Assembly: GCA_031426555.1 (NCBI GenBank)
Contig: JANPLN010000039.1
Span: 1-58,045, forward strand
DNA length: 58,045 nucleotides
From: Bdellovibrionales bacterium
Lineage (GTDB): Bacteria; Bdellovibrionota; Bdellovibrionia; Bdellovibrionales; JAGQZY01
Reading direction: 5' to 3'
In this document: piece after piece, positions 1-9,606 of the stretch
How the letters are laid out: the number at the start of each line of letters is the position of its first letter
How positions within the stretch are numbered: the stretch's first letter is position 1
Notes under the pieces: generated by a model
What the model was told of the DNA's origin: nothing
The model's database searches: none
What the model saw: only the letters and a program-made list of their open reading frames with translations
Made by a program: the position numbers and the translations under genes

Positions 1-55
1 GTCCAGGGATGGACGCGTCTTAAAAAGAGGCCTGCAAAAGTTTGGATTAAAAATT
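1..55. repeat. Partial second copy of the palindromic element at 9435-9600 (loop hairpin plus start of right arm), cut by the window edge
   Basis: GTCCAGGGATGGACGCGTCTTAAAAAGAGGCCTGCAAAAGTTTGGATTAAAAATT aligns to 9527-9580 GTCCATGGATGGACGCGTCTTAAAAAGAAGCCTTCAAAAGTTCGAATAAAAATT with 5 substitutions and 1 indel. Confidence 0.85.
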
Positions 56-71
56 ACATGCTACAAGTTTC

Positions 72-102
72 AAAAAAAAAGAGCACGGGTGTGCTCTTTT
101 TT
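72..102. terminator. Bidirectional-type intrinsic terminator after the 127..1062 gene
   Basis: A-tract + GAGCAC-GGGT-GTGCTC + T-tract. Confidence 0.75.
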
Positions 103-126
103 GTGTTTAGACTTTCCGCGGAGTGA

Positions 127-1062
127 TTACTTCTTCGGAACGCTTGTTGTGCCGCGTTTGGCGTCGCCGTCTTTAGTGCCAGCGCTTGTGGGCTGTGCAG
201 AACCAAGATCGTTGTATAGGTCGTCTGATTGATAACCACTGCCGTTGCCGCCGTTATAGCCGAGAGGGGATCGTGGATTTTCGATATGTTGTGCGAGCTC
301 ATCGCATTGGCCATGGTTTGTTGGCCCGTAGATCTGTTCGCGATTTCCACGGCTGCCACCGCTGTAGCCACATGAGCCGCCGTTGTTGTTATCATAGCCC
401 ACGTCGCAGTTTCCTCTGCTAAACCAACCGCTGTTGTTACACTGGTTGTTGTGCTGACGATTCATAAACAGACCGCCGAGGACAAGCCCTGCAAGAGCGC
501 CTTTACCTGCCGCTCCAGGAGGACCAAACAAATAGGCTAATCCGCCAAGAGCTGCTGCACCGGCGAGAGCGCCGCCCCAGTTGATAGCAGCGTGGGCTTT
601 CAGGAACATCGAATAGTCGGCCGACGTTTTTTTGCAGCCGATCTGTGCGCAGATTCCAGTAAAGATGCCCTGAGCTGATTGGCGATTGAGCGAAACTTTT
701 TTCCCATTCACAGTGAGAGAATCTTTGCCGTAAATAATATAATTATCTTTGTCGAAATAAACTTTGTCGCCCTTGTGCATGGCTTTTGGAAATTTGGCTT
801 TCAGATCCACTCCCAAGTTTACAAGTTCCGCGCGCACTTGCTCGAGGTCCTCTTTGTTTCCGATCATTCCCAGCCAAGTGATATAATCACCCACTGACTT
901 AAATGAGTTGAGCGCATTGGCAGTGGCCATCGCAGCAAATTGGGTTTGCGGTAATTGTTTTGGTGCCGCAACGACTTGCGAAGCAACCAGCGAGAGTAAA
1001 AATACTTTTAAAAAGAAACGTGACAACATAAGAGTCCTTTCCTTGAAGTCCATAAACATCAT
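127..1062 (-). CDS. Hypothetical exported protein with glycine-zipper-like hydrophobic hairpin and Asn/Gly/Cys-rich tail
   Basis: 311-aa ORF; signal-peptide-like N-terminus; WGGALAGAAALGGL...GALAGLVLGGLF segment. Confidence 0.7.
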   Translation of the reverse strand: MMFMDFKERTLMLSRFFLKVFLLSLVASQVVAAPKQLPQTQFAAMATANALNSFKSVGDYITWLGMIGNKEDLEQVRAELVNLGVDLKAKFPKAMHKGDKVYFDKDNYIIYGKDSLTVNGKKVSLNRQSAQGIFTGICAQIGCKKTSADYSMFLKAHAAINWGGALAGAAALGGLAYLFGPPGAAGKGALAGLVLGGLFMNRQHNNQCNNSGWFSRGNCDVGYDNNNGGSCGYSGGSRGNREQIYGPTNHGQCDELAQHIENPRSPLGYNGGNGSGYQSDDLYNDLGSAQPTSAGTKDGDAKRGTTSVPKK

Positions 1063-1090
1063 ATCAATAGATTACGAAAAGCGAATCTCG

Positions 1091-1144
1091 TCTTTGGTCT
1101 AGATTCTGTCTAGGCCAGAATCTTTGGTCTAGATTCTGTCCAGG
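1091..1144. repeat. Tandem duplication (30-bp period) covering the RluA-family stop codon
   Basis: TCTTTGGTCTAGATTCTGTC(T/C)AGG at 1091 and 1121. Confidence 0.8.
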
Positions 1145-1809
1145 ACTCGCTCGGGGGACGGGAAGCGAGAGGTTTTCACTGTGGGCGGAAGTGACCAACG
1201 GCCTGCGAAGTCCTCGGGAAGGTCGATTTGAATGGAGCGCAAAGCGATTCCGGGTTCGTTCCATGGAAGCTTTGAGCCGTAAAGGCTATCGCCAACAATA
1301 GGCGCATCGTGGCGCGCGAGTTCAAAGCGCAACTGATGTGAGCGCCCCGTGATGGGCATTAATCTCCACTCTAAATACGCGTCTCCCATCAAAACAACGG
1401 TGGCTTTGGTGATGGATTCTTTTCCGTGAGCGGCCTCGAAGGAGCGTTTTTTTCCGCGAAATATTTTACAAGTCCACGTCATGGTCTTGTTGAGCTCAAA
1501 ATTTCGAAGCTCGGTGATGGCCTGATAGGTTTTTTGCACAGTTTTGTTTTCAAAAAGGGAGCTTGCCGCGCTGTGAAAGTCGGGAGTGAGGGCAAACAAT
1601 ATCAGGCCGCTGACTTCTGCATCTAAGCGATGAACGGGAAAAACTTTTTTTGCAAGGGACTGCTCAAGGAGCTTACCGAGAACGGGGCGCTTGTCGGCTT
1701 GGGTCCGCCCAGGGATGGAAAGCCACTGAGCGGGTTTATCAACTATTACGGCATGTTCGTTTTGAAATACTATTTTGAGCGAAGTATCAGAACTCACAAA
1801 CGAACACAC
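1129..1809 (-). CDS. RluA-family RNA pseudouridine synthase
   Basis: VDKP, catalytic HRLD, TGRSHQLR and PIVGDSLY motifs. Confidence 0.92.
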   Translation of the reverse strand: MCSFVSSDTSLKIVFQNEHAVIVDKPAQWLSIPGRTQADKRPVLGKLLEQSLAKKVFPVHRLDAEVSGLILFALTPDFHSAASSLFENKTVQKTYQAITELRNFELNKTMTWTCKIFRGKKRSFEAAHGKESITKATVVLMGDAYLEWRLMPITGRSHQLRFELARHDAPIVGDSLYGSKLPWNEPGIALRSIQIDLPEDFAGRWSLPPTVKTSRFPSPERVLDRI

Positions 1810-1812
1810 AGA

Positions 1813-2367
1813 CTAATAATCATAGCTTAAGATCCCTGCTGGTTCGGAACTTAAAAACTGATCTAGAACATCTAGTTTTGCATCGATGATTTGCTGAGGA
1901 AGACCAGACTTGTTTATAAAATCGGTGGCTTTCGAAAAATCAAAAACTGGGGCGGAAACGCGAATGTCCTGTCCTAGCGAGGATAATTGAAAAAAACTTT
2001 GCTCGCGAATAACGGGTACTTTTTTAAGGTACATATTGCATTGCACTTGTTTTCCATCATCCGTGCATGTCGCAGTCATTTCCTTGGCTTCCCAAAGTGA
2101 AACACCTGTGTCTTCCTCGCCAGAGATGCGTTTAAAATCAACGCGCAGACCGGGGTCACCAGTGAGTTCCTTGGGAAAGATGTACGAAATTTCGGTGGAG
2201 GAAATTCCTGTGTAGGATTTTACAATTTCTACTTGAAAGCGTGAGTGCTCCACAAGATGTGCGGGTGTTGGAACAATATAACTCGCATTTGTACTTTCTG
2301 CATTCGCTGAGGAGAAGGTGGCTGCAAGAAGTGGCAGAAGGATTAACGTGGAAAAGAAACTTTTCAT
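1813..2367 (-). CDS. Hypothetical secreted protein
   Basis: 184 aa; signal peptide ending ANA; AAGGAG RBS; one Cys pair. Confidence 0.75.
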   Translation of the reverse strand: MKSFFSTLILLPLLAATFSSANAESTNASYIVPTPAHLVEHSRFQVEIVKSYTGISSTEISYIFPKELTGDPGLRVDFKRISGEEDTGVSLWEAKEMTATCTDDGKQVQCNMYLKKVPVIREQSFFQLSSLGQDIRVSAPVFDFSKATDFINKSGLPQQIIDAKLDVLDQFLSSEPAGILSYDY

Positions 2368-2382
2368 CAGTAACTCCTTTGT

Positions 2383-4206
2383 TTAAAGAAAATAACGAGT
2401 GGCACGACCTTGCCCAACCCGGGAGACAATACCTAACTCGAACAATTTTGACAAGTCGCGAGTCGCAGTGGGTTTGGAGATGTGTAGTTTTGTAGAAAGC
2501 TCCAGCACCGAGATGGACGGATCATTTTTTAAATAATCTAAGATTTGAATCTGTCTAAAGTTCAAATCTTTTAAGTGCTTGGACCACTTTGCGGGAAGAC
2601 GAACTTTTGCCGGCGCAGGTGGAATTTTGCCTGTTTTCGCTTTTGAATCTTTTGGTAAAATTGCAGGCTTTAAGTTGTTTTTAATAATCACCTTCACTGC
2701 GGGCGAAAGAAAATATCCCTCTTCTGTGAGCTGAACCCAGTCCGCATGCGGTGTCAAAAGTTGACGAATTTTATTGATAGAGGAGTAAACTAAAGAATCA
2801 TGACGAAAAGGATCGTATTCATAGCCCCACACTTCACGCACCAGAAACTCTTTGGATTTCGGCGAGTCCTTGAGTAGCACTAATATTTTTCGCAAAACCG
2901 AGTTGAAGCCTTTGGACTTTAAAAACACGTTTCCTTTGTCCAATAGAATTAAAGTTCCTGGGTGTAGATCAAAAATTAACGACTGCGTACCAAAGGGTAA
3001 ATTATAGCATTTGTGCAAAAGGCCGTAATATCCGCTCTTCAAAACCATTTCCGGAGCTTTCGGGTTTCCGTTTGCCACCTCGTCGAGCAAATCACCGATG
3101 GGATCTTCGCCCTTGGCAAATGCGTGGGCAAGGCCCGACATCCGGGTCATCATTTTTTTATGCACACAGCTCTGTGAATCGTCGGTTTTGTCGTCCAGCT
3201 GTGCGAGAAGCTGTTGGGCCTCCGCGGTTTTTTTAAGGTCGCGATAGAGTTTTATTTTAAGGCCAGTAATTTGCACCCACAAATTGCGATCAATGGTGGA
3301 GTCTACGTTTTGCTCGGCAAAACGAAGGATGTGGAGGGACTGGGTGTACTGACCTTGCAAAAAGAGAACATATGCCATGCGCAAATTGAACAGCGCCATC
3401 TGCCGCCGATTTTGATTTTTATAAATGATATCCGAGGCCTTGGTGACTGTTTCTTCGGCTTTGGTAAATTGCCCACGCAGAATGTACTGGCGAATCATTT
3501 CAAGCAAAAGTTCGCCTTTGGAGTAAACATCGCGAGTCTCAATTTTTGCAAAAGCCGATTCAAGTTGTCCAAGTGTCTGCTCGTTCTCGATGCCAAATTG
3601 GAATCTAAACTTCAGCACTGCGATTTCAATCGTTGGAGCCAGCCAAGATTTATGTTTTTTCGCTACGCTGAGAGTCTCGGAAAAATAACGAAGACCTAGG
3701 TGAACTTGCCCGGTCTGTACGAGAGAATGTGCCAAAAGCTCTTTACTCAACATTTCACCAAGTAAAAACCGATCGCTAACGGCGCTCGCATACGCTAGCT
3801 CCGCATATTTTTTTCCGTGGGAGAAACGACCACAAAAAAACCTGTAAAACGCAATACCCTGATAAATGAAAAATTTTTCTCGGGCGCTGACAGAATTCTG
3901 ATGAATCCTAAGATAACGTAAATTTTCGATCAAATGCCGTTGGCCTTCCTTGTATTGCGAATTACGAATCAGTCCAAGGGCGAGATAAAAACGGCACGCA
4001 CACTGAGATGATGACGTCAGTGCCAGCTGCTTCGACAGAATCTGCGCTTTTTCGAGTTGGCCACTAAAAATGAGGCTTCCAATCCAAAACGGAAATATCT
4101 CGGCGTTTTTTTGCGGGGCTTTTTTGCTTTCGAAAGCATCGCAAACTTCAGCGAAGCGCCCCTCAAGAAACAGATTCGGTACTTCCTGATTGTATAATTC
4201 CTTCAA
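2383..4206 (-). CDS. TPR-like helical-repeat transcriptional regulator with OmpR-type winged helix and C-terminal DeoR-type HTH
   Basis: SKEFLVREVWG...SSINKIRQLL winged helix; RQIQILDYLK...ISKPTATRDLSKL...GQGRATRY HTH. Confidence 0.8.
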   Translation of the reverse strand: MKELYNQEVPNLFLEGRFAEVCDAFESKKAPQKNAEIFPFWIGSLIFSGQLEKAQILSKQLALTSSSQCACRFYLALGLIRNSQYKEGQRHLIENLRYLRIHQNSVSAREKFFIYQGIAFYRFFCGRFSHGKKYAELAYASAVSDRFLLGEMLSKELLAHSLVQTGQVHLGLRYFSETLSVAKKHKSWLAPTIEIAVLKFRFQFGIENEQTLGQLESAFAKIETRDVYSKGELLLEMIRQYILRGQFTKAEETVTKASDIIYKNQNRRQMALFNLRMAYVLFLQGQYTQSLHILRFAEQNVDSTIDRNLWVQITGLKIKLYRDLKKTAEAQQLLAQLDDKTDDSQSCVHKKMMTRMSGLAHAFAKGEDPIGDLLDEVANGNPKAPEMVLKSGYYGLLHKCYNLPFGTQSLIFDLHPGTLILLDKGNVFLKSKGFNSVLRKILVLLKDSPKSKEFLVREVWGYEYDPFRHDSLVYSSINKIRQLLTPHADWVQLTEEGYFLSPAVKVIIKNNLKPAILPKDSKAKTGKIPPAPAKVRLPAKWSKHLKDLNFRQIQILDYLKNDPSISVLELSTKLHISKPTATRDLSKLFELGIVSRVGQGRATRYFL

Positions 4207-4267
4207 AGCAACCCCTTCTCGCTTTACGAATTTTGCGAACTTTGCTACGTTCCCACCTGATTGATGC

Positions 4268-4344
4268 TCGATTTCGTTTTGGAAATCAAATCAAATCGCA
4301 TCAAATGTGCAAGATGTTGTTGGTCGATTTTTAGGGGTAAATCG
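4268..4344. promoter_or_regulatory. Two copies of a candidate operator TCGATTT-N8-AAATCR in the divergent promoter region
   Basis: 4268 TCGATTTcgttttggAAATCA and 4324 TCGATTTttaggggtAAATCG. Confidence 0.45.
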
Positions 4345-4374
4345 TCGATCTTAGGTTCTGGGGGGGCTCGGATT

Positions 4375-5409
4375 ATGAAACTCATAAAATTTAATTTAAT
4401 GATTGCTGTGCTGTCTTTGCTGGCTGGCTGTACGTTTCAGCACAACAAAGTCACAGGCGACGACGGAGCTTTAGGCAAGGTCTGCGAACCCGTTTCGTTT
4501 GCGCAAGTTCAGTCAGAAATCTTTGGAACCCAGAAGGCTCCTGAGGGAAAATGTTTATTCTGCCACGTTCCTGGTGGCCCTCTGCTGGCGCTAGACACGT
4601 ACGGCGCCGTTAAAGCCAAACTCGTACAAATCGAAGATTCCGTTCGCGCAGGCCGCATGCCAAAAAATGCGCCGCTTGCAGCACCGGCAAAACAGCTCCT
4701 CTACGCGTGGATTGAACAGGGAGCACCAGAAATCGCGGATGCTAAATTAGTAGCTAGCGATTGTGCAACCACCATCGACCCGGATCCCACCACACCGGTC
4801 GATCCCCCCGTTCCGACAGTTCCACCTGCGCCAACATCTGTGGATCCCAACTACGAGTCGTTGCGCAAAGTTATTTTTGCCAGCAAGTGTTTGGATTGCC
4901 ACGACAGCAGTGGTATTTTTAGCTCTTACGATTTTTCCACCTATCAGTCCATTACAAGTTACCAAAAGCTTTTCGCGCTTCCCGCAGATGGCTCGGACAG
5001 TCGCTTCGTAACCTCATTAGTCACCGGAAAAATGCCCAGAGGAAAAGCGCCGCTGCCGCCAGAACACATCGAAGTCGTTCGGCAGTGGGTGGCTCTTGGC
5101 CTTCCAGAAACTGCGGCCACGGTACCGGCCAATTGTGATCTGATCGACTTTGAAACTGTGAACAAATTGGTTTTCCAAAGTAGCTGTACGCGCTGCCATG
5201 ACTTCACTTCCAAATTGGATCTGGAATCCTACGCAAATATCAAGCAGCACGTCACCAACGTGAAGTGGATGATCGAGAACGATAAAATGCCTCCTAGAAA
5301 GCCGTTGGACCAAGATCTTAAAGATCTGGTGTTGAAATGGATTGATCAAGGAGCACCCGAAACCGTAGTTTTACCCGAAACCTGTGAGCAACAAGGAGAT
5401 ACAAAATGA
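4375..5409 (+). CDS. Lipoprotein with three tandem class-I-like cytochrome c domains
   Basis: Lipobox LAGC; CLFCH, CLDCH and CTRCH each followed by a (R/K)MP Met ligand and a W(I/V)xxGxPE end; start moved to ATG 4375 (ORF track: 4261). Confidence 0.88.
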   Translation: MKLIKFNLMIAVLSLLAGCTFQHNKVTGDDGALGKVCEPVSFAQVQSEIFGTQKAPEGKCLFCHVPGGPLLALDTYGAVKAKLVQIEDSVRAGRMPKNAPLAAPAKQLLYAWIEQGAPEIADAKLVASDCATTIDPDPTTPVDPPVPTVPPAPTSVDPNYESLRKVIFASKCLDCHDSSGIFSSYDFSTYQSITSYQKLFALPADGSDSRFVTSLVTGKMPRGKAPLPPEHIEVVRQWVALGLPETAATVPANCDLIDFETVNKLVFQSSCTRCHDFTSKLDLESYANIKQHVTNVKWMIENDKMPPRKPLDQDLKDLVLKWIDQGAPETVVLPETCEQQGDTK

Positions 5410-5939
5410 CAATCGCAATCGTTATAGGATTATTTTTCGCGCCAACGGCAGTGGCCAAAACCCTTTCTTCCGACCCAACCAAAGGTTCAGTGGTGTTCAA
5501 TGCCACGGCCATCGGGCTTAAGTTTCAGGGAAAAGGCGAGGGCCCTGCGGGAAATGTACAAGTGGACTCCACTGTCGTGGGCACCTTTAAATTCAAGATG
5601 GACACGCTGGATACCGGCATCGGTTTGCGCAATCAACACATGAAAGAAAAGTATTTAGAAACGGCAAAGCACCCTTATGGCGAGCTAAAAGTCGAAGATG
5701 TCACCGGCTTCAAACAAGCTTCGCCCGATGGATCTTATCCGTTTAAAGGAACCCTCACCATTCACAGCGTTGCCAAGCCCGTTTCTGGAACAGTGCAGGT
5801 TAAAAAATCAGGCGAAGGCTTACAAATCAAGGCCGAGTTTGATACGAAAGTTTCATACTTCTCGATTCCCATGCCAGCCTACGCCGGTGTGGCGCTGAAG
5901 GATGATGTCAAAGTGGTTGTTGAATCCCAGTTAAATTAA
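5406..5939 (+). CDS. yceI: YceI-family periplasmic lipid/isoprenoid-binding protein
   Basis: DTGIGLRNQHM...YLETAKHP and GTLTIHSVAKPV motifs; ATGA overlap with the upstream gene. Confidence 0.9.
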   Translation: MTIAIVIGLFFAPTAVAKTLSSDPTKGSVVFNATAIGLKFQGKGEGPAGNVQVDSTVVGTFKFKMDTLDTGIGLRNQHMKEKYLETAKHPYGELKVEDVTGFKQASPDGSYPFKGTLTIHSVAKPVSGTVQVKKSGEGLQIKAEFDTKVSYFSIPMPAYAGVALKDDVKVVVESQLN

Positions 5940-5975
5940 CAGTCGAATTAACGACTGAATTAAAAGAGGCTTGTC

Positions 5976-7082
5976 GTGCGCGGGTTTTTATTTTTACTAA
6001 TTATAAGTTTTTCCACGAAGCTCTGGGCTTTCCCCGAAATGATTCGACATGGATATATCAACTGCACGACGTGCCACGTGTCGCCATCAGGGGGCGGTCT
6101 TTTAACTGCCTACGGAAGATCCCTCTCTAAAGAAATCCTCAGTCGCTGGAGCACGGAGGGCGAGGAAAACCTTCTGCACGGAGCCATTAAAAACGAAGCC
6201 GTGATCAATTGGCTCAATGGTTCACAAGAGGTGGGATTTAATGTCGGTGGCGATATTCGCTATCTGCAGCAATACACAAACAATGATTTGCGCGAGAGCG
6301 GACGATTTTTTCCCATGCAGCGCGATTTAGAGCTCGGGTTCAAATGGAATCAGCTACAAGTCGTGAGCACTTTTGGTTACAAGTATTTGCCAAACGACGA
6401 TGACAAATTTGAAACTCGCCGCTACTACCTTATGTATCAAGCCACCGAATACGTCTCTTTGCGAGCGGGTCGATTTTTGCCGATTTATGGTTTGATGATT
6501 GCCGATCACTACACAGATATCAAAAAAGGCTTGATGTTCGATCAGGGCCAAGAGCGCGACAATGTAGAGCTGAACTTTATCAAAGACAACTGGAGTGCAA
6601 CGGCCACTTACAGTCAAACTCCGCAAAGTGCCCTTCGCCCCCTCGACAAAGCTGTGTCGTTGCAGGTGAACTACGCGCTGACCGACACCCATCGTGTTGG
6701 TGTAAATTATTGGAATAGTGAATCGGATTTGAAAAAAAGAAATATCATGGGGCTCTCGGGACTATTTGGTTTTACTCACGAGCTCTATGCGCTGTCCGAG
6801 GTGGATCTGCAAACCACCCAGGCCGCCGGTGCACAAACGGAAACTCAAGGAATTTATTATTTTCAAAAGCTGGGCTATGAGTTTACGAGGGGAGCCCATG
6901 CGATTTTGCAAGTGAATGGCTCACAAAGTAATTTAGACGTCTCGAATACCAAGTCTGTGGGTTATGGTCTGGGAATGAATTTTTATCCGCGCCCGCACTT
7001 TGAACTGCAAGCTCTTTGGACACGTTTCGACGCCAATTTGGATCAGGATATGGCGTTTTTAATATTGCATTATTACTTTTAA
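5976..7082 (+). CDS. Outer-membrane beta-barrel protein with an N-terminal CxxCH haem motif
   Basis: Signal peptide; NCTTCHVSPSGGGLLTAYG; amphipathic strands; C-terminal LHYYF beta-signal. Confidence 0.8.
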   Translation: MRGFLFLLIISFSTKLWAFPEMIRHGYINCTTCHVSPSGGGLLTAYGRSLSKEILSRWSTEGEENLLHGAIKNEAVINWLNGSQEVGFNVGGDIRYLQQYTNNDLRESGRFFPMQRDLELGFKWNQLQVVSTFGYKYLPNDDDKFETRRYYLMYQATEYVSLRAGRFLPIYGLMIADHYTDIKKGLMFDQGQERDNVELNFIKDNWSATATYSQTPQSALRPLDKAVSLQVNYALTDTHRVGVNYWNSESDLKKRNIMGLSGLFGFTHELYALSEVDLQTTQAAGAQTETQGIYYFQKLGYEFTRGAHAILQVNGSQSNLDVSNTKSVGYGLGMNFYPRPHFELQALWTRFDANLDQDMAFLILHYYF

Positions 7083-7100
7083 GGACTGTTTTTAGGCCGA

Positions 7101-7439
7101 CTATTTCTTACAGATCACAAACTGCGGGAGACAGCGCGATTTGTCGGAGAGCTTTTGTAAGCACTTGTCCGTGACGGATTGCCTTGCTGCGGTTTCCGAT
7201 AATTCGGTGGCGGTGAAATCGCCATCAAATGGCGTATGAATATCGCAGGTCACATTGGCCACGATCATAAAACCGTTGGAGCGGGTGAGGGTGTTTTCCA
7301 TCTTTTCAACTTTTTGCTTCAGCTCTTTAATTTGTTTTTCGAGGTCCTCAATGCGCTTTTGCGATTCGTCCGCAAATGCGACAGAGAATGAAACGGTGAC
7401 GGAAAGTATTAGACTGCTGAGAGTGAATAAAAACACCAT
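7101..7439 (-). CDS. Small secreted coiled-coil, Cys-containing hypothetical protein
   Basis: Signal peptide ending AFA; heptad segment; 4 Cys. Confidence 0.65.
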   Translation of the reverse strand: MVFLFTLSSLILSVTVSFSVAFADESQKRIEDLEKQIKELKQKVEKMENTLTRSNGFMIVANVTCDIHTPFDGDFTATELSETAARQSVTDKCLQKLSDKSRCLPQFVICKK

Positions 7440-7445
7440 CTCTTA

Positions 7446-9389
7446 TTATTTGAGGTGTTTCTCAAAAAAATCAAGCGCGTAGGTATTTAAAAGCACGATG
7501 TTGGCCCGTTTTGCTACACCATGGCCCTCGTCGGGAAAAATCACCAGCTTGGAATTTTTATTGGATTTTTCGACGGTCTCGTAAAACTGCACAGCTTCAC
7601 CAACCGGAACGCGGGGATCGGTGGCTCCGTGGGCAATCATTAGCGGCTTGGTGACGCGATTGATGTAGCTCACCGGCGAAAGCTTCAGCATGGTGTCGCG
7701 ATCTTTTGCAGGATCACCGTATTCATTCATGCGCAGAGCTCGTCGATAGGGAGCCGTGTTTTCGATAAACGTGATCAAACTGCTCATGCCTACTATCGCC
7801 AGGCCCGCATCATAGGAGTCGGCAAACATCGACACTCCGACAAGAGTGGAGTAGCCGCCGTAGCTTCCGCCAGTGATTCCAATTTTTGGCGCAACACCGT
7901 TCTTGGCCCAATTCTTTTTAATAAATTCAGCACAATCGCGAATGTCGGTAATTACTTTTAAACGTTGAGCGCCGTTATCTGCCTGCAACCATTTTTTGCC
8001 ATAACCATCGCTACCGCGAACATTGGGGGCCACGTACACAAAACCTTTTTCGGTGTACAAGTTATACAATGGCGAAAAGCGCGGAATAAACTGCGCTTCG
8101 GGACCACCGTGAAACTGCACAATCACAGGACACATTTCGGTTTTACATTTTTCCGAACGCCACACAAACATCGGCACCTCAGTGCCGTCTTCGGTCTTGT
8201 AGGACTCAAGCGATGGTTTTACGTAACCAAGAGTATTGATCTCGGGCGTGGAGGGGAGAACCCACTCTTGGGCCTTTTTGGTTTGCAGATCATAAACAAA
8301 ATTTTTGCGAGGAGCATTGTGAAACTCGGCCGAATAACTCAGGTAGCGGTTGTTGGTAGAGAAGGATCCCACATAGGCTTGCTGAGCTTGCTCAAGACCC
8401 GGAAGCGATGTTTTTTGCGACGTGCCCGACGACTTGTCCATATTCACAATTTGCAAGCGGGCGTAGCCCTTTTCGTTAATCACATACACCACGTACTTGC
8501 GGTCTTCTGACATCTTAAAATCGCTGATGTCTGCATCCACATTGGTTCCCCAAGCGGTGAGCGTGCCTTTTTTGAGCAAGTAGAGTTTGCGAAAATCAGC
8601 CACTTTGTTGGTGAGCACCATGTACTCATCTTTATTTTTTGTAAAGGCCACTTCGAAATCTTCGAGCTCATTCTGTCCAATCAAAGGCTCTTTGATTTTT
8701 GTTTTTAGATCAAAAATAAAATGTTCATTCTGCATGCTGCCCTTAAGCAGAGTCAAAATGGCTTTGTCGTCTTTGATATCAGATAGAGTCCAGATACCGG
8801 GCTCGTTCCATATCACTTCGTGAGTGTCTGCAGCCAAATTGTATTTGTAAATGGAATACGACTCCGGAGATTTATCATTCGTGCGGTAGTAAAGAAATTT
8901 AGAATCATTAGTAAAGCCAAGCAAGCTCGATTGATGTTTTGGATTGTAGTACACCTTGCGAAGTTCGCCACCGGCAGTCTTCATTAAATAAACACCAGGG
9001 TTTTCGTCGCCCTTAGAATCTCGCGAAACCACAATCCATTGGCTGTCGGGGCTCATGCCAGCCAAGCGCGAAGCATCTTCGCCGCCAGTCAACTGAATGG
9101 GGAAGCTCTTGGGCCCCGTCAATTTCCAAATTTGCAACGACCCCGTAACATTCCAATTCATAAACAACGACCGACCATCACCAGTCACAATGCCTTCCGA
9201 CGGCGCACGAATATCCACCAGCTTTTCAATTCGATTCTTAAGCTCCGCATTCGGCACCGGCGGCGCATACTTCGCCAACGTCTGCGACGAAATACTCCCC
9301 AACCCAAACCCCGAATATTTTGTGGAAGAAGTTGTGCTGCAACCGAAAAGTAAAACGGCAGAAAGTAAGAAAAAATATTTCATGAGCAA
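7446..9389 (-). CDS. S9-family (prolyl oligopeptidase/acylaminoacyl peptidase) lipoprotein
   Basis: Lipobox LFGC; HGGP; GGSYGG nucleophile; DPRV; DEGHG. Confidence 0.93.
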   Translation of the reverse strand: MLMKYFFLLSAVLLFGCSTTSSTKYSGFGLGSISSQTLAKYAPPVPNAELKNRIEKLVDIRAPSEGIVTGDGRSLFMNWNVTGSLQIWKLTGPKSFPIQLTGGEDASRLAGMSPDSQWIVVSRDSKGDENPGVYLMKTAGGELRKVYYNPKHQSSLLGFTNDSKFLYYRTNDKSPESYSIYKYNLAADTHEVIWNEPGIWTLSDIKDDKAILTLLKGSMQNEHFIFDLKTKIKEPLIGQNELEDFEVAFTKNKDEYMVLTNKVADFRKLYLLKKGTLTAWGTNVDADISDFKMSEDRKYVVYVINEKGYARLQIVNMDKSSGTSQKTSLPGLEQAQQAYVGSFSTNNRYLSYSAEFHNAPRKNFVYDLQTKKAQEWVLPSTPEINTLGYVKPSLESYKTEDGTEVPMFVWRSEKCKTEMCPVIVQFHGGPEAQFIPRFSPLYNLYTEKGFVYVAPNVRGSDGYGKKWLQADNGAQRLKVITDIRDCAEFIKKNWAKNGVAPKIGITGGSYGGYSTLVGVSMFADSYDAGLAIVGMSSLITFIENTAPYRRALRMNEYGDPAKDRDTMLKLSPVSYINRVTKPLMIAHGATDPRVPVGEAVQFYETVEKSNKNSKLVIFPDEGHGVAKRANIVLLNTYALDFFEKHLK

Positions 9390-9434
9390 TTCCTTTTTAA
9401 ACGTTTAAGGCAAAAATAGTTAAAGTGCGGGCAC

Positions 9435-9600
9435 GCTTTTGGGATTGAATGCCGAATTTTTATTCGAACTTTTGAAGGCTTCTTTTTAAGACCTCTCGCA
9501 AACACGATGTTTCGAGCAGCGAGCGAGTCCATGGATGGACGCGTCTTAAAAAGAAGCCTTCAAAAGTTCGAATAAAAATTCGGCATTCAATCCCAAAAGC
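9435..9600. repeat. 166-bp palindromic MITE/REP-like element: perfect 58-bp inverted arms around a 50-bp structured loop
   Basis: 9435-9492 is the exact reverse complement of 9543-9600; related copy at 1-55. Confidence 0.92.
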
Positions 9601-9606
9601 CGTACG

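Noticed and set aside
2400..2413. TGGCACGACCTTGC sigma54-like sequence
   Set aside because: Spacing is GG-N9-GC rather than N10, and it lies antisense within a coding region
9435..9600. Palindrome as a CRISPR repeat, tRNA or simple terminator
   Set aside because: No repeat-spacer array or cas operon, no tRNA arms, and the arms are far longer than a terminator and recur elsewhere
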